From positions 7,068,001 to 7,132,000 of the forward strand of contig OZ176055.1 of NCBI GenBank assembly GCA_964247055.1: DNA of 64,000 nt, written 5' to 3'. Numbering within the stretch: the first letter of the stretch is position 1; the number at the start of each line of letters is the position of its first letter. The notes below the pieces were generated by a model. The model was not told the origin of the DNA. It searched no databases and was given only the letters and a program-made list of their open reading frames with translations. This document shows positions 40,019 to 53,149 of the stretch, piece after piece. A program made the position numbers and the translations under genes. This stretch comes from Paragordius varius. Its lineage: Eukaryota; Animalia; Nematomorpha.

Positions 40019-41347
40019 GCATTTTTTGCAACCTATTATATACTTAATAATATATTTCATTTATAATTTTGACAAGCAATATTTTTCTTCTACAATCGAA
40101 ATTTATTTAATAGTTAATGGGGTTCTGTCAGACCAAATAAAATTAACGATAAAATAAAAATTTGGTGCTTAATATTTGCTTTTGGAGCACATGCTTCATC
40201 TGTTTAAAGAACTTTCTTTGTGAGAAAGTTTTAAATTGATGTCTGAAGAATACCTGAAATGTAAAAGGACAAACTTGAAGTACAAATAGTAATTTAATCA
40301 ATATAACCGAATACAGTTAGTTTGTATACACTGTGGTAAATACTTAAAATAATTACCAAATTATAATAAATATTTATCCATAAACAGAGCACAGAAGTAT
40401 TTCGTCCCGAATTAATGCAGGAAATATCGTGAACGGCAAATTTGACGACTTGATCCTGTTTTGTACAAATCAGCACTGTTTAAAAGATCCACAAAATTGA
40501 ATTCCCAAAAAATCTAATTACCTTTGCATTACGGATTTTATTTAATATGCTAGTGTCAATCTATATATATATATATATATATACATATTTATATTTACAT
40601 TCGCTTTATGTGTGATAACGCGCATATTCAATCCTTGTGACAATCATCACTGTAACAAAACTCTTATGCAAGATAAATATGCAGTATTTAACAAATATCA
40701 ACAACGATTATTATTGATATTCATTTCATTAATACATAAAATTTGCCCTCATATCCATTTTTAAAAGCAAAGGCTCTAAAATTTATTTTTGCCATTCTAA
40801 GAAAATATTTTGTGATAATTTATCATAGTCTATCTCTATCGTGTCGCTATGAGTTTAAGTATGCTTGCCATCGTTTGTGATTACAATGCAGATGAAATTA
40901 ATGCTGTCGGAATAATATTGATTAGTCGCTCCAAATTTTATCACACTAAGATAAAAATTTCTAGTACCATATATAAACTGAATCCAAAATAGGAGGATAT
41001 AAAAGAATATTCTGATATATGTATATTCTGAATTCATCATGATTCTTGGAGTTTTAGAACTTACTAGTAATATACGAAAGTTATTTGCACTTTTGTGAAA
41101 TTGCTATACCGTAAAATCGCAAACTTAGCGCCCATGTTTGATCAAAATTTATAATAAAAGCTATATGATTTATTCCAAAAAATATAATAAAAAATATGAT
41201 ATAAGGAAAATAGGTACTTATTAATTTTAAACAAAATCCAAAATTCCAAATTTTCGTTCTCCTAAAAGGGGTAGATCTCTTAACGCTATAATTTTTTTAT
41301 TCATGTTAGATTATGGCAAAAAATATTTTTTAAAAAGTGCATACTTT

Positions 41348-43099
41348 GGGTGGAAAGATAAAAAAATCGCTCTTGATTTGTAAATCAAGCGTAGTAAGTT
41401 GAGCAAGTTTAATTAAACCAGCCAACGTACTTTTGAAGATTGGTGATAAAAAACACTTAAGTCAAGTCTTTAGCTTATGAATTTAACATTTTTTTCCCCG
41501 GAAATATTTTGTCAATTCCAAAATTGATGAAATAAGGCACAAAAAGATAAACAATCAATACAATATGCATTTATTAAAGTTTTTCAAACTCAGTGGCACT
41601 TATCTTATAAATTATTATATTTCTAAATATTGAGCCCGGTAACTAAAATATTTAAGTTGATTAACACTCTCTATTATTTTACCACTTTACTCATTTTGTT
41701 AGGAGCCCATTTGCAAATATAATGGAGAGATGTTTATACAATATAACATATTATTTTTAATTGACTATCAAATTACATTTGATATTTATGAATAATAAGT
41801 CTATACATGTTATAATGGTGAAAACGAAGATTTGAAAATTTAAACAAAATTAATACCTAAATATTAATTAAGGACATTTTCGTTCAATTTTTTTCCGAGT
41901 TAACTGAATTGATAAATTTAGCATATTTTTATATGCATTGTTCTTAAATATTAGCAGAGTTTTTTTAAATATTATCCTCTTTTGTATCCAGCCAATTTGA
42001 AAGTGTGATTAGCCAAAAATTATCAAATAAACAATTTATAGAATTAAAGGTTTTAATAATATATAAAGCTACAATTACACACATAAATAGTTTCCAAAAT
42101 AATTTTATCCAATATGTCAAGTGTGCCCTATCGACACTTGCGAAACTTTAAGTTTTACTTGATCACATGTTATCAACTCCGAATCAAGTTTTCTTGCTTG
42201 ACTTAAGTCGTGTAATGTTAAATTTTTTATCACATGAATGCGAGCCATGACTTGACTTGCAAGTTTTTCAAGTCATGGCCGCTTTCATGTGATATAATTT
42301 AACATTTGACGACTTAAATCAAGGGAAAAAATCATATGATTAAAAAAACTTGAAGATTTGGTAAGCGTAGTGCACTAACAGATTTAAAAATATGGGTTAA
42401 ATTATTTGCTATGTATCTATATAATTTAGGCTTTATATGTAATTAAACCTTTTGTTGATGCTATAAACTGTTTATCTCATAATTTTTGGCTAATTAACCT
42501 ATCCAAATTTGGTGGTACAAAAGAGGATAAATTTTTATAAAAAAAGAACAATGCATATAATAATATGCTAAATTAATTAATTCCGTGAACTCGCAAAAAC
42601 TTTGATTCACGAAAATATCTAAAAATAAATAATTAAATATTAATCTTGTTATCTTCGTTTTACATATAATAAACGCTAAAAATTACTTCACCATTAAAAC
42701 ATGTAAAGAGTTATTTTATCATAAATTATTTCAAATATAATATAATAGCAATTAAAAATAATAATCAGTTATTATAATGAATAAACATCCCATTCAAATT
42801 TTAAATGGACACCTAACAAAGTAGTGTAGTAAATTATAGGAGTGTTTTCAAGGCCAATGTTTTTGCACCTTCATTTTAGTTGTTGGGTTAAATATAAAAT
42901 CTATAGCCTTTTATACCTTATTTTATAAAATTTGGCTAAAATGATCAAAATAATTTCCGAAAAATTCGAATTAGTGTCAAAAAATGTTACATTCACAAGC
43001 AAAAGACTAGATTTAACTGTTTTTTATCATCGATCTTCAAGACACTTGCTAAAAAAACTTGCTCAACTTGCTAAGCTTGACTTTTTTATCACCCCACCC
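41348..43099. repeat. Large imperfect palindrome (arms ~910 and ~840 bp, 12-nt loop)
   Basis: Reverse-complement matches are seen throughout, e.g. 41447 GAAGATTGGTGATAAAAAACAC vs 43015-43036, 41990 TTAGCCAAAAATTAT vs 42478-42492, and the central CATGACTTGA / TCAAGTCATG at 42246-42277. Confidence 0.85.
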
Positions 43100-43639
43100 A
43101 TTTTTTTACAAATTTTCATCTAAATTAAAAGCAAACGAACCTTTTAGTTTACATTCTCAGGCAGTAAAATGTTCAACATCACCAAATTATAAAGTGTTTT
43201 TATAATTTATTAAAGCGTTTTTTACCGTTTTTATCTAACCTTAAAGTGTTAACTTGCCACCATAATTTTGTATAATTTAATTTTTTGAACAAAATTTTCA
43301 TTTTATCGGTAATTTTTTTAAATTTCGCATATTTTTTATAATATCGGCCTGGTCTTTTTTTGGTGAAATTCCCATTCGGTAAAATTGTGAATCTCTAAGC
43401 ATTTATATTTCACAAATTTTATATTTAGCACTTTGATTTAAATTAAGGTAGCTAGTGACATCAGAAAATATCTGAAATAATATTTAAAATTACTGAAAGA
43501 GTTTGTTCCAATTTAAATTTTGACTTTTATCCTGATAATAAAAAATAAGCCTAAATATTATATCGTCTTAACGCAAAAATTAAAGTTAATTTATTTTAAC
43601 ACATCAACATTAATATAAAGAAAAATTCATTTATTCATT

Positions 43640-43825
43640 ATTTTCTTTAATGTTAACCTTCAGGTTTATATCTATAAAATAAGTATTAAAAACCTTTCAA
43701 AATATTATATAAGTGAAAACTTTTGCCATAGTTTGAATTTACACCATATTTAAAATTTATGGATGGGGTCTTTAAATACACCAATTTGAATCAAATGACT
43801 AAAATAAATGTGTTGTATTTAACTG
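43640..43825. mobile_element. Older partial piggyBac-like MITE copy abutting the next copy
   Basis: GGGGTCTTTAAATACACCAATTTGAATC..ACTG|TTAA matches the family end; the left boundary is unclear. Confidence 0.6.
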
Positions 43826-43841
43826 TTAACATGTGCATTAA

Positions 43842-44421
43842 CACTTGGATACAAAACATTCATTTTAGTCCTTCGATTCAAATTGGGGTAGTTAAATACC
43901 CCAGGCCTGTTTAAAATTAAATTCTTTAAAAAATATGTAAGGAATCAAAACCATGGCAAAATTTTGCACTTATATAAGATTAATAAACCGAAATATATAA
44001 AAAAATTTTATTCAAAAATACTTTATATTACTTTTAAGCTAAAACCGAAAGGTAAAAATTTAGACAACGTGACATATGTGCAATGGCAAAATTAAAAAAT
44101 AATACAAAATAAACCGCTTTTTCTGTTTCTATCAATGTTAGATGTAATTTAAATAAAAAATAAGCTATAATTCTACCCTTAAAATTAAATAAATACGATA
44201 TTTTGCAAAAATTTTGTAAAATAAAAATGGCGGCGAAGTAGTTAGACATGGAACTTTTTATTCAAAACAAAATTTCATTTAGATATTTTGGCATATTAAT
44301 ATAATTTTTATTAGGATAGAAGCATAAATTTGAATTGGGACCGTTTCCTTCAGTAGTTTTGTAAAAATCCTAAATCAAATTTGGTCTGGGGTATTTAGAT
44401 ACCCCAAATGGAATCGAAGTG
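43842..44421. mobile_element. piggyBac-like MITE, 580 bp
   Basis: TTAA|CACTT...AAGTG|TTAA ends. The internal inverted repeat (TTCGATTC..TTGGGGTA..TAAATACCCCAG) sits directly at one end and ~30 bp inside the other, the asymmetry typical of piggyBac. Confidence 0.8.
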
Positions 44422-44572
44422 TTAATCACACTTGTAAGGCCTAAAATATGCACCATGTTTTCTAGGATATAATATATTTCATTTTTTTCTTTGTAGTATT
44501 GTGGAGTAATTGGAAAAAAGCAATTTTTTACTTATAAAGAATATACCCCAAAGCACCGGGGTAATATTTTAA

Positions 44573-45151
44573 CACTTCAATTCACATTGAAGTATCTAAT
44601 ACCTTAGACTAACTTTGACTTAGGATTTTGGAAAAACTACCGAAGGAAACGGTCCTGATTTAAATTTATGCTTCTATCCGACTCAAAATTATATAAATAT
44701 GCCAAAATATCTAAATAAAATTTTGTTTTGAAAAAAAAGTTCCAAATCAAACTACTTCTACGCCATTTTTATTTTGTAAGATTTTTGCAAAATATTGTTT
44801 TCATTTAATTTTAAGGGTAAAATTAAAGCTTATTTTTTATTTAAATTACATTTAACATTGATAGAAATAAAAAAAAGCGGTTTATTTTGTATTATTTTTT
44901 AATTTTGCCATTGCACACATGTCACGTTGACTAAATTTTTACCTTTCGGTTTTAGCTTACAATAAGTAATATCAAGTAGTTTTGAAATTTTTTTATATAT
45001 TTCCGTTTGTTAATGTTATATAAGTGCAAAGTTTTGCCAAGGTTTCGATTGCTTCCATATTTTTTAAAGAATATTTTTTTAAACAGGACTGGGGTATTTA
45101 ACTACCCCAATTTGAATCGAAGGACTAAAAGGAATCTGTTGTATCCAAGTG
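44573..45151. mobile_element. piggyBac-like MITE, 579 bp, inverted relative to 43842-44421
   Basis: Reverse complement of the preceding copy (roughly 90% identical by eye), with TTAA at 44569-44572 and 45152-45155. Confidence 0.8.
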
Positions 45152-45340
45152 TTAATAACCACAACATATATATTCTACCAGTTTATCCCCGATATTCGCA
45201 CTATGTTATGCATAATATTAATATAGGCTGTGTTAAGCATAATTATATTATTTATAAAATGATTAAAACAAAAAAATAGCTTTGTTTAAATCAATATTGT
45301 GAATGTGCATCTGATTTTTTACAGATGTTACTTTGAAGTT

Positions 45341-48300
45341 ATGCAAATACCTAATGTAGTAATTGTTACAGGTATTTTTCCAACTATAATAAATTTTAGT
45401 TTTGGCCGCTAATATAAAGAAAATCAAAGGAAAAAACGGTATTTTGCAAGAATTTATAATAGGCTTTAATAATCCGTATGTTACAATATCGTTGGGCAAC
45501 GAAAAATTTAAAACTTCAGTTTACGAATCTACAAACAGTCCTGAATGGAATGAATCTTGCGAATTGTAATTTTGTTAATTATTTTATATTATATAATTTT
45601 TTTTAATTATTTAGTCCAATACCAGAAAAGCGAAGTGCTCTAACCTTAAATCTTTATCACCATACAAATGGGATTGCTGATGATTTTATCGGCCAAGTTA
45701 TAATTCCATTGTCAGATTTCTCAGATGATTTAACCAAAACATATTCAAAGTATGCTTTATTTATATGTTGCAATTTATGCATTATGATATAACAAAAATA
45801 TATAACAAAAAATAAGCGTACAATAACCTAGTAACTAGAAACTAAAATTAGTATAAAATATATTGAAATCTTTTTGTAGTCTATAATTACAAGCAAATAT
45901 ATTTTACTTAGTTGAAGCTAAATAATTTACCAGATTTTTACCATTTGATTAATTTAATGAAATAATTACTAATATTAGAGCACAAATCAAGTTGATTGAA
46001 TTGCGAAAACTATTTTAAACGTATACTCTATTTTTTGAAAAAACTAATACGACGATATTAAAAATTGGAATACAATATCTAACATCTCCCTCTATACTTT
46101 GGCGTCGAGATATTATTTTAGGTGATTTACTCCGTCAAAAACCCATATGTCCAGCAGTGATGTCTGGCGAATAACCCTTTTGCCTTTTCCTTCGGAATTC
46201 ACACAACTTCTATCCGGTTGAAACTTTGTCGAAATCTTCTGATTTCTGGCGCGAAAAATGATTTCTATCATGCTTTTGGTCTCCGGTCACAAAAACTTGT
46301 TTGGACATTTTTTAGGATACAAATAAGACGTTTGATGTTAACATTAAATATCGCCACATCTGAAACATTCCAAGGATTTAATCCATGGATGTGCCATAAT
46401 TTGTCGCAAAAAATGTCCAGCCACTGTTTATAGACTGGAAGTTTAAAGGCGATGGTCATAGAATATTCACGAGGTTTTTATAGAAAGTATCTAATGAATA
46501 AAGCTTGGATTTGGAACAAGAAAGGCTCGCGGAAAAGTATGGCTATTCGCTAGACATCATCCCACATCAAATGGGTATTGTCGGTCGAGGGAAATCCTGT
46601 GAATAATATAAGATATTTTATTAACTCAATTGCATTATGATGTTATTAGTTTTATTTTAAGATAGAAAACATGCTTTTCGCCATTGTCAACGATAGGAAA
46701 ATATATACAATTTATCCAATTTAACAAGTAATATTGTGTAACATGAACAATGTAAACAATTCGAGAGGCATGTTTTGTATTTAAATATAACTACGAACAA
46801 AATATAAGTTACTATACATTTCTATAATTTTATTAAATAATGCTGGATAGCATGTACAGCAAAGGGCAGAATTATTTTTTTCTTGCTGTTAGTCAATAAG
46901 TAAGCTCTTTGCGATATATCCTATTTGGCAATATTTTATGCAAAACCATCATTGTATTTTTACACATACTGTAATGCAAATGCGAACAAATATTACAGCG
47001 ACCTATACAAATATTAAATATTAACAGTACATCGCTAGTTTTATATTATAAAATGTCATACAGCATTACCAATATAAAGTAATATTAATAGCTAAAAGCA
47101 GAAAAAACGAAAAATAAGCTTTTTATATGCTTTGAATTTAAGCAAAATATGTTGCCTTCTGCTGCAAATGCTATGTGGCACTTAATTAAAAACTAGCAAT
47201 GTATTTTTATTTTTTATTTATATTATTTTTTTATTTTCTCTGAGATAATGTGTGTTGAATTTTATTCATAAACACACACGGCTGGGAATGTAGGCTGTCA
47301 TCAAAAACATTGAAATATGCAGTTCAGTTTAATCTCTTATTAGTTTTTTGTTGTTACATATTATCACATAACTTATTTCTAATTTAAAATGTTTGATATA
47401 TAATATTAAATATTATACATAATAATTGATTTACAAATAGATGGTACCCGCTGAAATCCAAATCTGGGAAACAAGAAATTGAAGGTATCCGTGGGGAACT
47501 TCAAGTCAGTACAGCTTTCGAATACAGAAACATAACTTCCAATCATGACAAAGGGGACTCCAGCGCGTTACAAAAGAACAATGATAATGGCTCTTCTCAG
47601 TCACGAAAATCTATTCTTTCCATTTCAAGTTTGGGTTTGAGCAGTGGTGGAGGAGGGGGGAAAAATTTGATGAACAAAAAAATGTTGACAAATTCAGTCA
47701 ATAAACTTGTGAATAAGGCCTCCACCATATCCTTTAAAGGAATTCATAGCAAAAAATCGGGGGACGAAGATATAAATATTACTCCTACATTTTCTCGTGA
47801 AAGCAAGAAGATTTCTGAAGAACCCAAAGAAACGTTTTTTGACGGTAGTGAACTTAGCTTAAACAGTATTGTTAGTAATACAACCGAAAATTCAATAGCC
47901 ACTCCTGAACTAAAATCGAAAAATTATTTAACTGGTCACAATTATGGTGCTGGAGGACAGGTGTCACAAAGTGCATGGGAACTTAGTGGGAAAGATGGTA
48001 GCAGTTTGAAAAAGAAGAAAAAAATATCGCTAGTTGTCGGCCACATGGCAAAAAATATTGGTATTTCTATATTTTTTGTGTAATTTACGTTAATTAACCG
48101 TTAATTTCCTTTTTTATATTAATTTATAATCAATTTTTTGTGTTTTTAGGTTCAAAATTAAAGGATAGTTTAGACACCACGGGATCAATATTAGACCTTA
48201 AACACTCTCCTTCAATTCCTGGTCCTCTAAAAAATAGTATAAGTCAATTTTCATTGAACACCTCATCGCACGATAATACAGAGGAGAATGATAAGGGGGA

Positions 48301-51013
48301 CAGACACAAATTTAAAAAATCACTTTCAGCATCTAAAAAGTAAATTTTTGGTAAAATTTTTATTAAATGTTACGAAAAATGTAAAACTCCTAGTTTATTT
48401 ATAAAAAGATACAATTTAAAAAGTTAAAGAATTTTAATTTTTATAAAAAGATCATAATTTGAATCTATATTGTTTGTGTCTCTCTCACAACTGTTATTAA
48501 TTTATATAGAAAATATTAAGAAATAAATATGGGCACCTAACAAGGTTTTTTCATTATTTTTACTCCGTATAATTTATTTTTACTGTAATTTTATCTTTAT
48601 TTTTTTATACACAAAAATTTATATGTCATTTGTATAATTTTTTTTATCATTTATATTGCTAGAGGTATAATAAATAAGATTAAGAAGGTTTCTTTTCACA
48701 ATGATCAAAGTAAACAAAATAGCATGATGGAAATAGAATCGCCACCCTCCATAATTATTGAGGAAGATAATTTGAGTAATTTTGATTTTCAAAAAGATAC
48801 CTCCTTTGAAACCAATGAACTAGAGTCGACTAAACGAAAAGCATCTCCTAAATCGTCGCATAATTTAGCCATGAATTTAGAGGATAATAAATTGAGCATG
48901 GCTTTTGAAAATCAATCTACTAATGATATATTCAAGAAACATTTTAATAGCAGAAGTAATGATTTCGAAGTAAGTCATTTAACTGTAAATAAGCTTTCAA
49001 ATTTTTATTTTCTATACCCAAGCTGGCCGCTTATGATAATCCTTTATCGTTATAAGAAATTCATAATCATTTGGCAAATCACAGCTGATTTTTATAATTA
49101 GTGTTAAGTAAGATAAATTTCTTTTAAAAACAATTTAAATGAGTTTTACTAATGTGTGCAATATAACTTTTATATAAATCTAGGACATGGTTACTATGCC
49201 AAAATACTATTTATTATTCGAATTTTTCTTATAAAATTTTTATTGATAAAAAGAATGAAAAGAATTAAAGGTAAGGCGCGTTTGAAAGAACGAGAAGGGA
49301 CGAACAAAGAATAGGGGCAACATTTTAGGTTAATGCCTTATTATAATCTTGATTAGACACAGAGAAATATTTCTTGCTTTATTAACCAGCTTGCTTTTCA
49401 TATCCAAAAACCTAATACTTTTTAAATATATATCATTTACAATTTAATTCACCCTTTAATAAAAATTCATCCTCGTACAATTTAAGTTCACCCTTTAAAT
49501 TAATTGTGTTTTCGGGCAATATAACGCATCATTAATATGAAATATATCAGTTTTTTATTTTTTTACCATTATTTATATTTTTTAATAAAATTTTATTTTT
49601 CACAAATTTTAAGAATTGGGTAGTTTTTAATCTTAAAAAAATACATAAATTATTTTATGGTAAATTTGAATTGTTCGAGTGTAAATTTAAATTGTTTAGG
49701 TATGAATTAGAATTGCAGGGTGAATTTGAGGTGTAGATGGCATATCCTATTAAATATATTAAAAATTTGACTATATCCGATTCTTTTTATGTCGATTTGT
49801 GTAAAATATATTTTTGGTATGTTGAGGAATCGATAAATTATTTTGTTAGTGTGGCGAAAAACGCTAATTATTTTTCGCTGTTTATATTTTTGTATTCGAT
49901 GGTTATTTTGAAATAGAGACATCTCTTAAACGTTTATCCCTAAATTTTGCACTTTCTATACACAATTATTGATAGCATTAAATTGAAAGTTTTGGAAAAT
50001 AATTTAAATAATATACCACTATTTAATTTTTCAAAATAAATCATGGTAATTACAATGTCCCTTCATGTTAATTTTGTTACCAACTGTTTCTTTATATAGT
50101 CGAAAAACGTATTTAATACTTATATCTCAAAAACCGAAGAGCACGGATCATTCGTTGACGAACAAAGTATGATAAATTATGAAAAGTGTAATTATAAATC
50201 ATGTAGCTGTGCCATAGTTTTTATAATTAATGTCTTAAATAAAAAACATTAGACGTCAATAACAGTAAAACATGGAATACATTTAATCAGGCCAACTTAA
50301 GTGGACCAAACTTTGATAATAATAATAATAATATCAAAAACGGAAATTACAATTACACAATATCATCAAACAATAAAAATATTACAAACAATCCAAATAT
50401 TGCTGTGACACCACCCTTTAGAGTTACGGCCTCAGTTCTTCCCACGCAAAAAACGTCGTCACCTTTGCACACAAAACCAATCAATGAGAATGCCGCTGGG
50501 AAATACGATATGAATGTTAATCGACAACCTAATGAATCCTTTGTAACTCCTACTCCACCGGCACGGAAAAGTGCAATTACCAAAATGGATAAAAATTTGT
50601 CGATTGCTGACAAAATTAATTCTCAAAGTTTAAGGGCCCTATTTTCTAAAATGTCAAATTTAAACAAGCAAGAACTAAGTTCCACCTCATTCAATGCGAA
50701 ACAGCAAGAACAAAGGGAGGAATTGTTTGCCCTGGCTTCTAGCCTTAGCAAATATGTACGTACAATTTATATTTATTTCATATGTAACATAAAATCATTT
50801 TGATTTGTTTAAAATTTTTAATCTTATCTCATTCATGCAAATGATATAAACATATTTTAGGAACTCATAAGCTATATCATGGATCAAGAGGCAACACGCT
50901 TAGAACACGAATCCAAGATTGAACATTTAAACGCATATATTGAAGAATTGTTATGCAAAATATTATTAAATTCGCCCGGGTTACTGGAAAAAAGAAGAGG
51001 CCTTATTTCTTAA
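45341..51013 (+). CDS. RAB11FIP: Rab11 family-interacting protein, class I (Rip11/FIP1/2/5-like): N-terminal C2 domain, C-terminal Rab-binding domain
   Basis: Exons 45341-45371, 45400-45438, 45463-45565, 45615-45749, 47441-48060, 48150-48339, 48663-48969, 50100-50166 (tentative), 50253-50755 and 50861-51013, all GT-AG and phase-consistent. C2 domain: VIVTVLAANIKKIKGKNGFNNPYVTISLGNEKFKTSV..PEWNESCEF..DDFIGQV..WYPLKSK..RGELQV. RBD: ELISYIMDQ..KIEHLNAYIEELLCKILLNSPGLL. Confidence 0.88.
46085..46600 (+). pseudogene. Possible degenerate MULE (Mutator-like) transposase fragment in Rab11-FIP intron 4
   Basis: A locally higher-GC, coding-like stretch. Fragments SSSDVW, FGIH, LLISGAKNDFY and NIATSETFQG-IHGC-HNLSQ occur in the order expected for the MULE core, including a CxxH-like motif. 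Heavily frameshifted. Confidence 0.4.
49440..49733. mobile_element. Tc1/mariner-type MITE (family of 4971-5213), reverse orientation, in Rab11-FIP intron
   Basis: TA|CAATTTAATTCACCC at the left end and GGGTGAATTTGAGGTG|TA at the right end; the TIR modules appear duplicated. Confidence 0.55.
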
Positions 51014-52490
51014 TGACTATGTTAATACCATCAGTAACTATTCATATCATACGTTTACCCAAAATAATATTCTTAACACATAAGATTAAATTTTAATTAT
51101 ATATTACCTTTTACAGATCTTAATTTATACCGTCTAGTCCCTAGTTGAAAATGCATATTTGCACATTTATTATACAATGAAATTAAATTTAAAATAAATA
51201 AATATCATATAATTTTGACAAATATTATAATGTGAATTTTTTTTTAAATTGTGCAGATTTTAAATTTCATATGATAACCTTACATGGGATTTATTAATAA
51301 CCTTTAATTTCCTATAAAATCGATAAGTGTTTTAAATATATTTATTTATAGAAATTTCTCAATCGCCTGTAGGCGTTGATACTACGAAATTAATACATAA
51401 AGAATTTATGTCCATTTATTTATTATTAAAAATAATTAAAATTATGCCAGTACCTGTAACATGACAATGGGTTGTCATTAGTCATCTATCTCTCTTCGTA
51501 GCTCTTCATTCGTGTATTTAATTTTGGAATAATTGTTTAAATTTGTATTCATCATCAAACTCACACAAATATTATTAATATTTCTATTCAAATGGTAATA
51601 ATTGGCGATCCCAGAGCAACCAATTGATTAAAAACAAATGAAACTAACGCTTGAAAATTAAAATGCTACTATCTCAATAAAAATAACATAATTAAAATAA
51701 ATAAAGTTTAATTTTGACAAAAAATTCCATATTAAACTACTTCGACGTCATTATATTTTTAGCAAAAAATCTGTTTTCTACAGCTAAAATTTTGGTAATT
51801 ATTTTTTATCAAAACAAATTACATTGACAAAAATGTTTATATTAACATTTCTAAATTTGCTCATGTCATGTTTTCTAATTTTTTGCCTGTCTAAATTTTT
51901 TATATACTTGTGCAGCAATGTTATATAACTGGATATTTTTGAAATGGTTTCAGTAAATTCCATATTATAAAATTTGATTTGAGAGTAAGTACGATTTGTA
52001 TGCGGAAATATGTCCTCATCAGCCTTTTTCGAAGGCGGGATATTTTCAAGAATTTTTATTCGTTGAACCATATTTTAAGTTTAATGGGTATTATCACAAG
52101 AGTTTATAGATAAGAAACAAATATAATCATTCACAACAATTACGTTAGAGAAATGTATTTTAAAATATTTAAAATGTAGGAAAGTCAAATTTTATATATA
52201 TTTAGTTTTCTGTCTACATAACAAATAACAGGGGAGTCAGGATTAAAAGTGAGTAGTTTTCTCTCTCAAGTAAAGACGCGTTTAAAATGGTTACAGAGTG
52301 GCACGCTTTTGTTATATTATTGTTAAATTTTTATGTTATTTCTGTCTAGGTCCAGTTGTTGTACCAACTTAAAACATAAAGAAATAAAATTTTAACATAA
52401 TAAAATGAATTCGTTAAAAAACATTATTGAAAACTTAAAAGTTTTAAATTATCAAAACACATTTACAGTATGCATTTTGATGGTTGCAAT

Positions 52491-52999
52491 TAGGGTTGTG
52501 CTGACCAAGTCATGACCCGGTCAGTGACTATTTATTTTTTGACCATGGTCATTTCAGCTGATTTTTGAAAAATTGTTGGTAATTTTTTTGAAAGAAAAAT
52601 AGTAAGTTATTTTTTAATATATTTAAAAAAAATATATAAATATTTAAATTTTCTTATTTAAAAATCTAAAATGTTAAACATGCATCCTTAAAACATTAGC
52701 ATTTAAGCATATGCAGTTATAAATGAAAAAGAAAACAATCCAACTTTTTATAAAATATTCAATTATTCCATATATGTGAACTAAAAAAATTAAAAACATT
52801 TCATAATTGGATATTTCAATGATCAAAAAAGTGTAAAAGAAACAGAAATTTTATTTGAAATATCCAGTATTAAAAGCGAGGTATTTGAAAACTCAGAAGT
52901 AATTTTATAATCCAATATCGTATGGTATTTACTTAGGTAAAGTGGTCATACTATGGTCTGACCGGACTTTTCTGATAAGCAGTCAAATGCACAACCCTA
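52491..52999. mobile_element. hAT MITE, 509 bp
   Basis: Perfect 11-bp TIRs TAGGGTTGTGC / GCACAACCCTA, 8-bp TSD GTTGCAAT/GTTGTAAT (7/8), and subterminal TGACC/GGTCA motifs. Confidence 0.85.
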
Positions 53000-53149
53000 G
53001 TTGTAATTTTAAACACAGTAGTGTGAAAAAACGAAATGTTAAATAACAATTATTTCTTTTCTTTTTTCCACACATTCCTGTGCCTACTATAGTGTGAAAT
53101 AAGCAATCATATACTGTAAATTAACCATGTTTTTTTTAAGATGTAGTGA

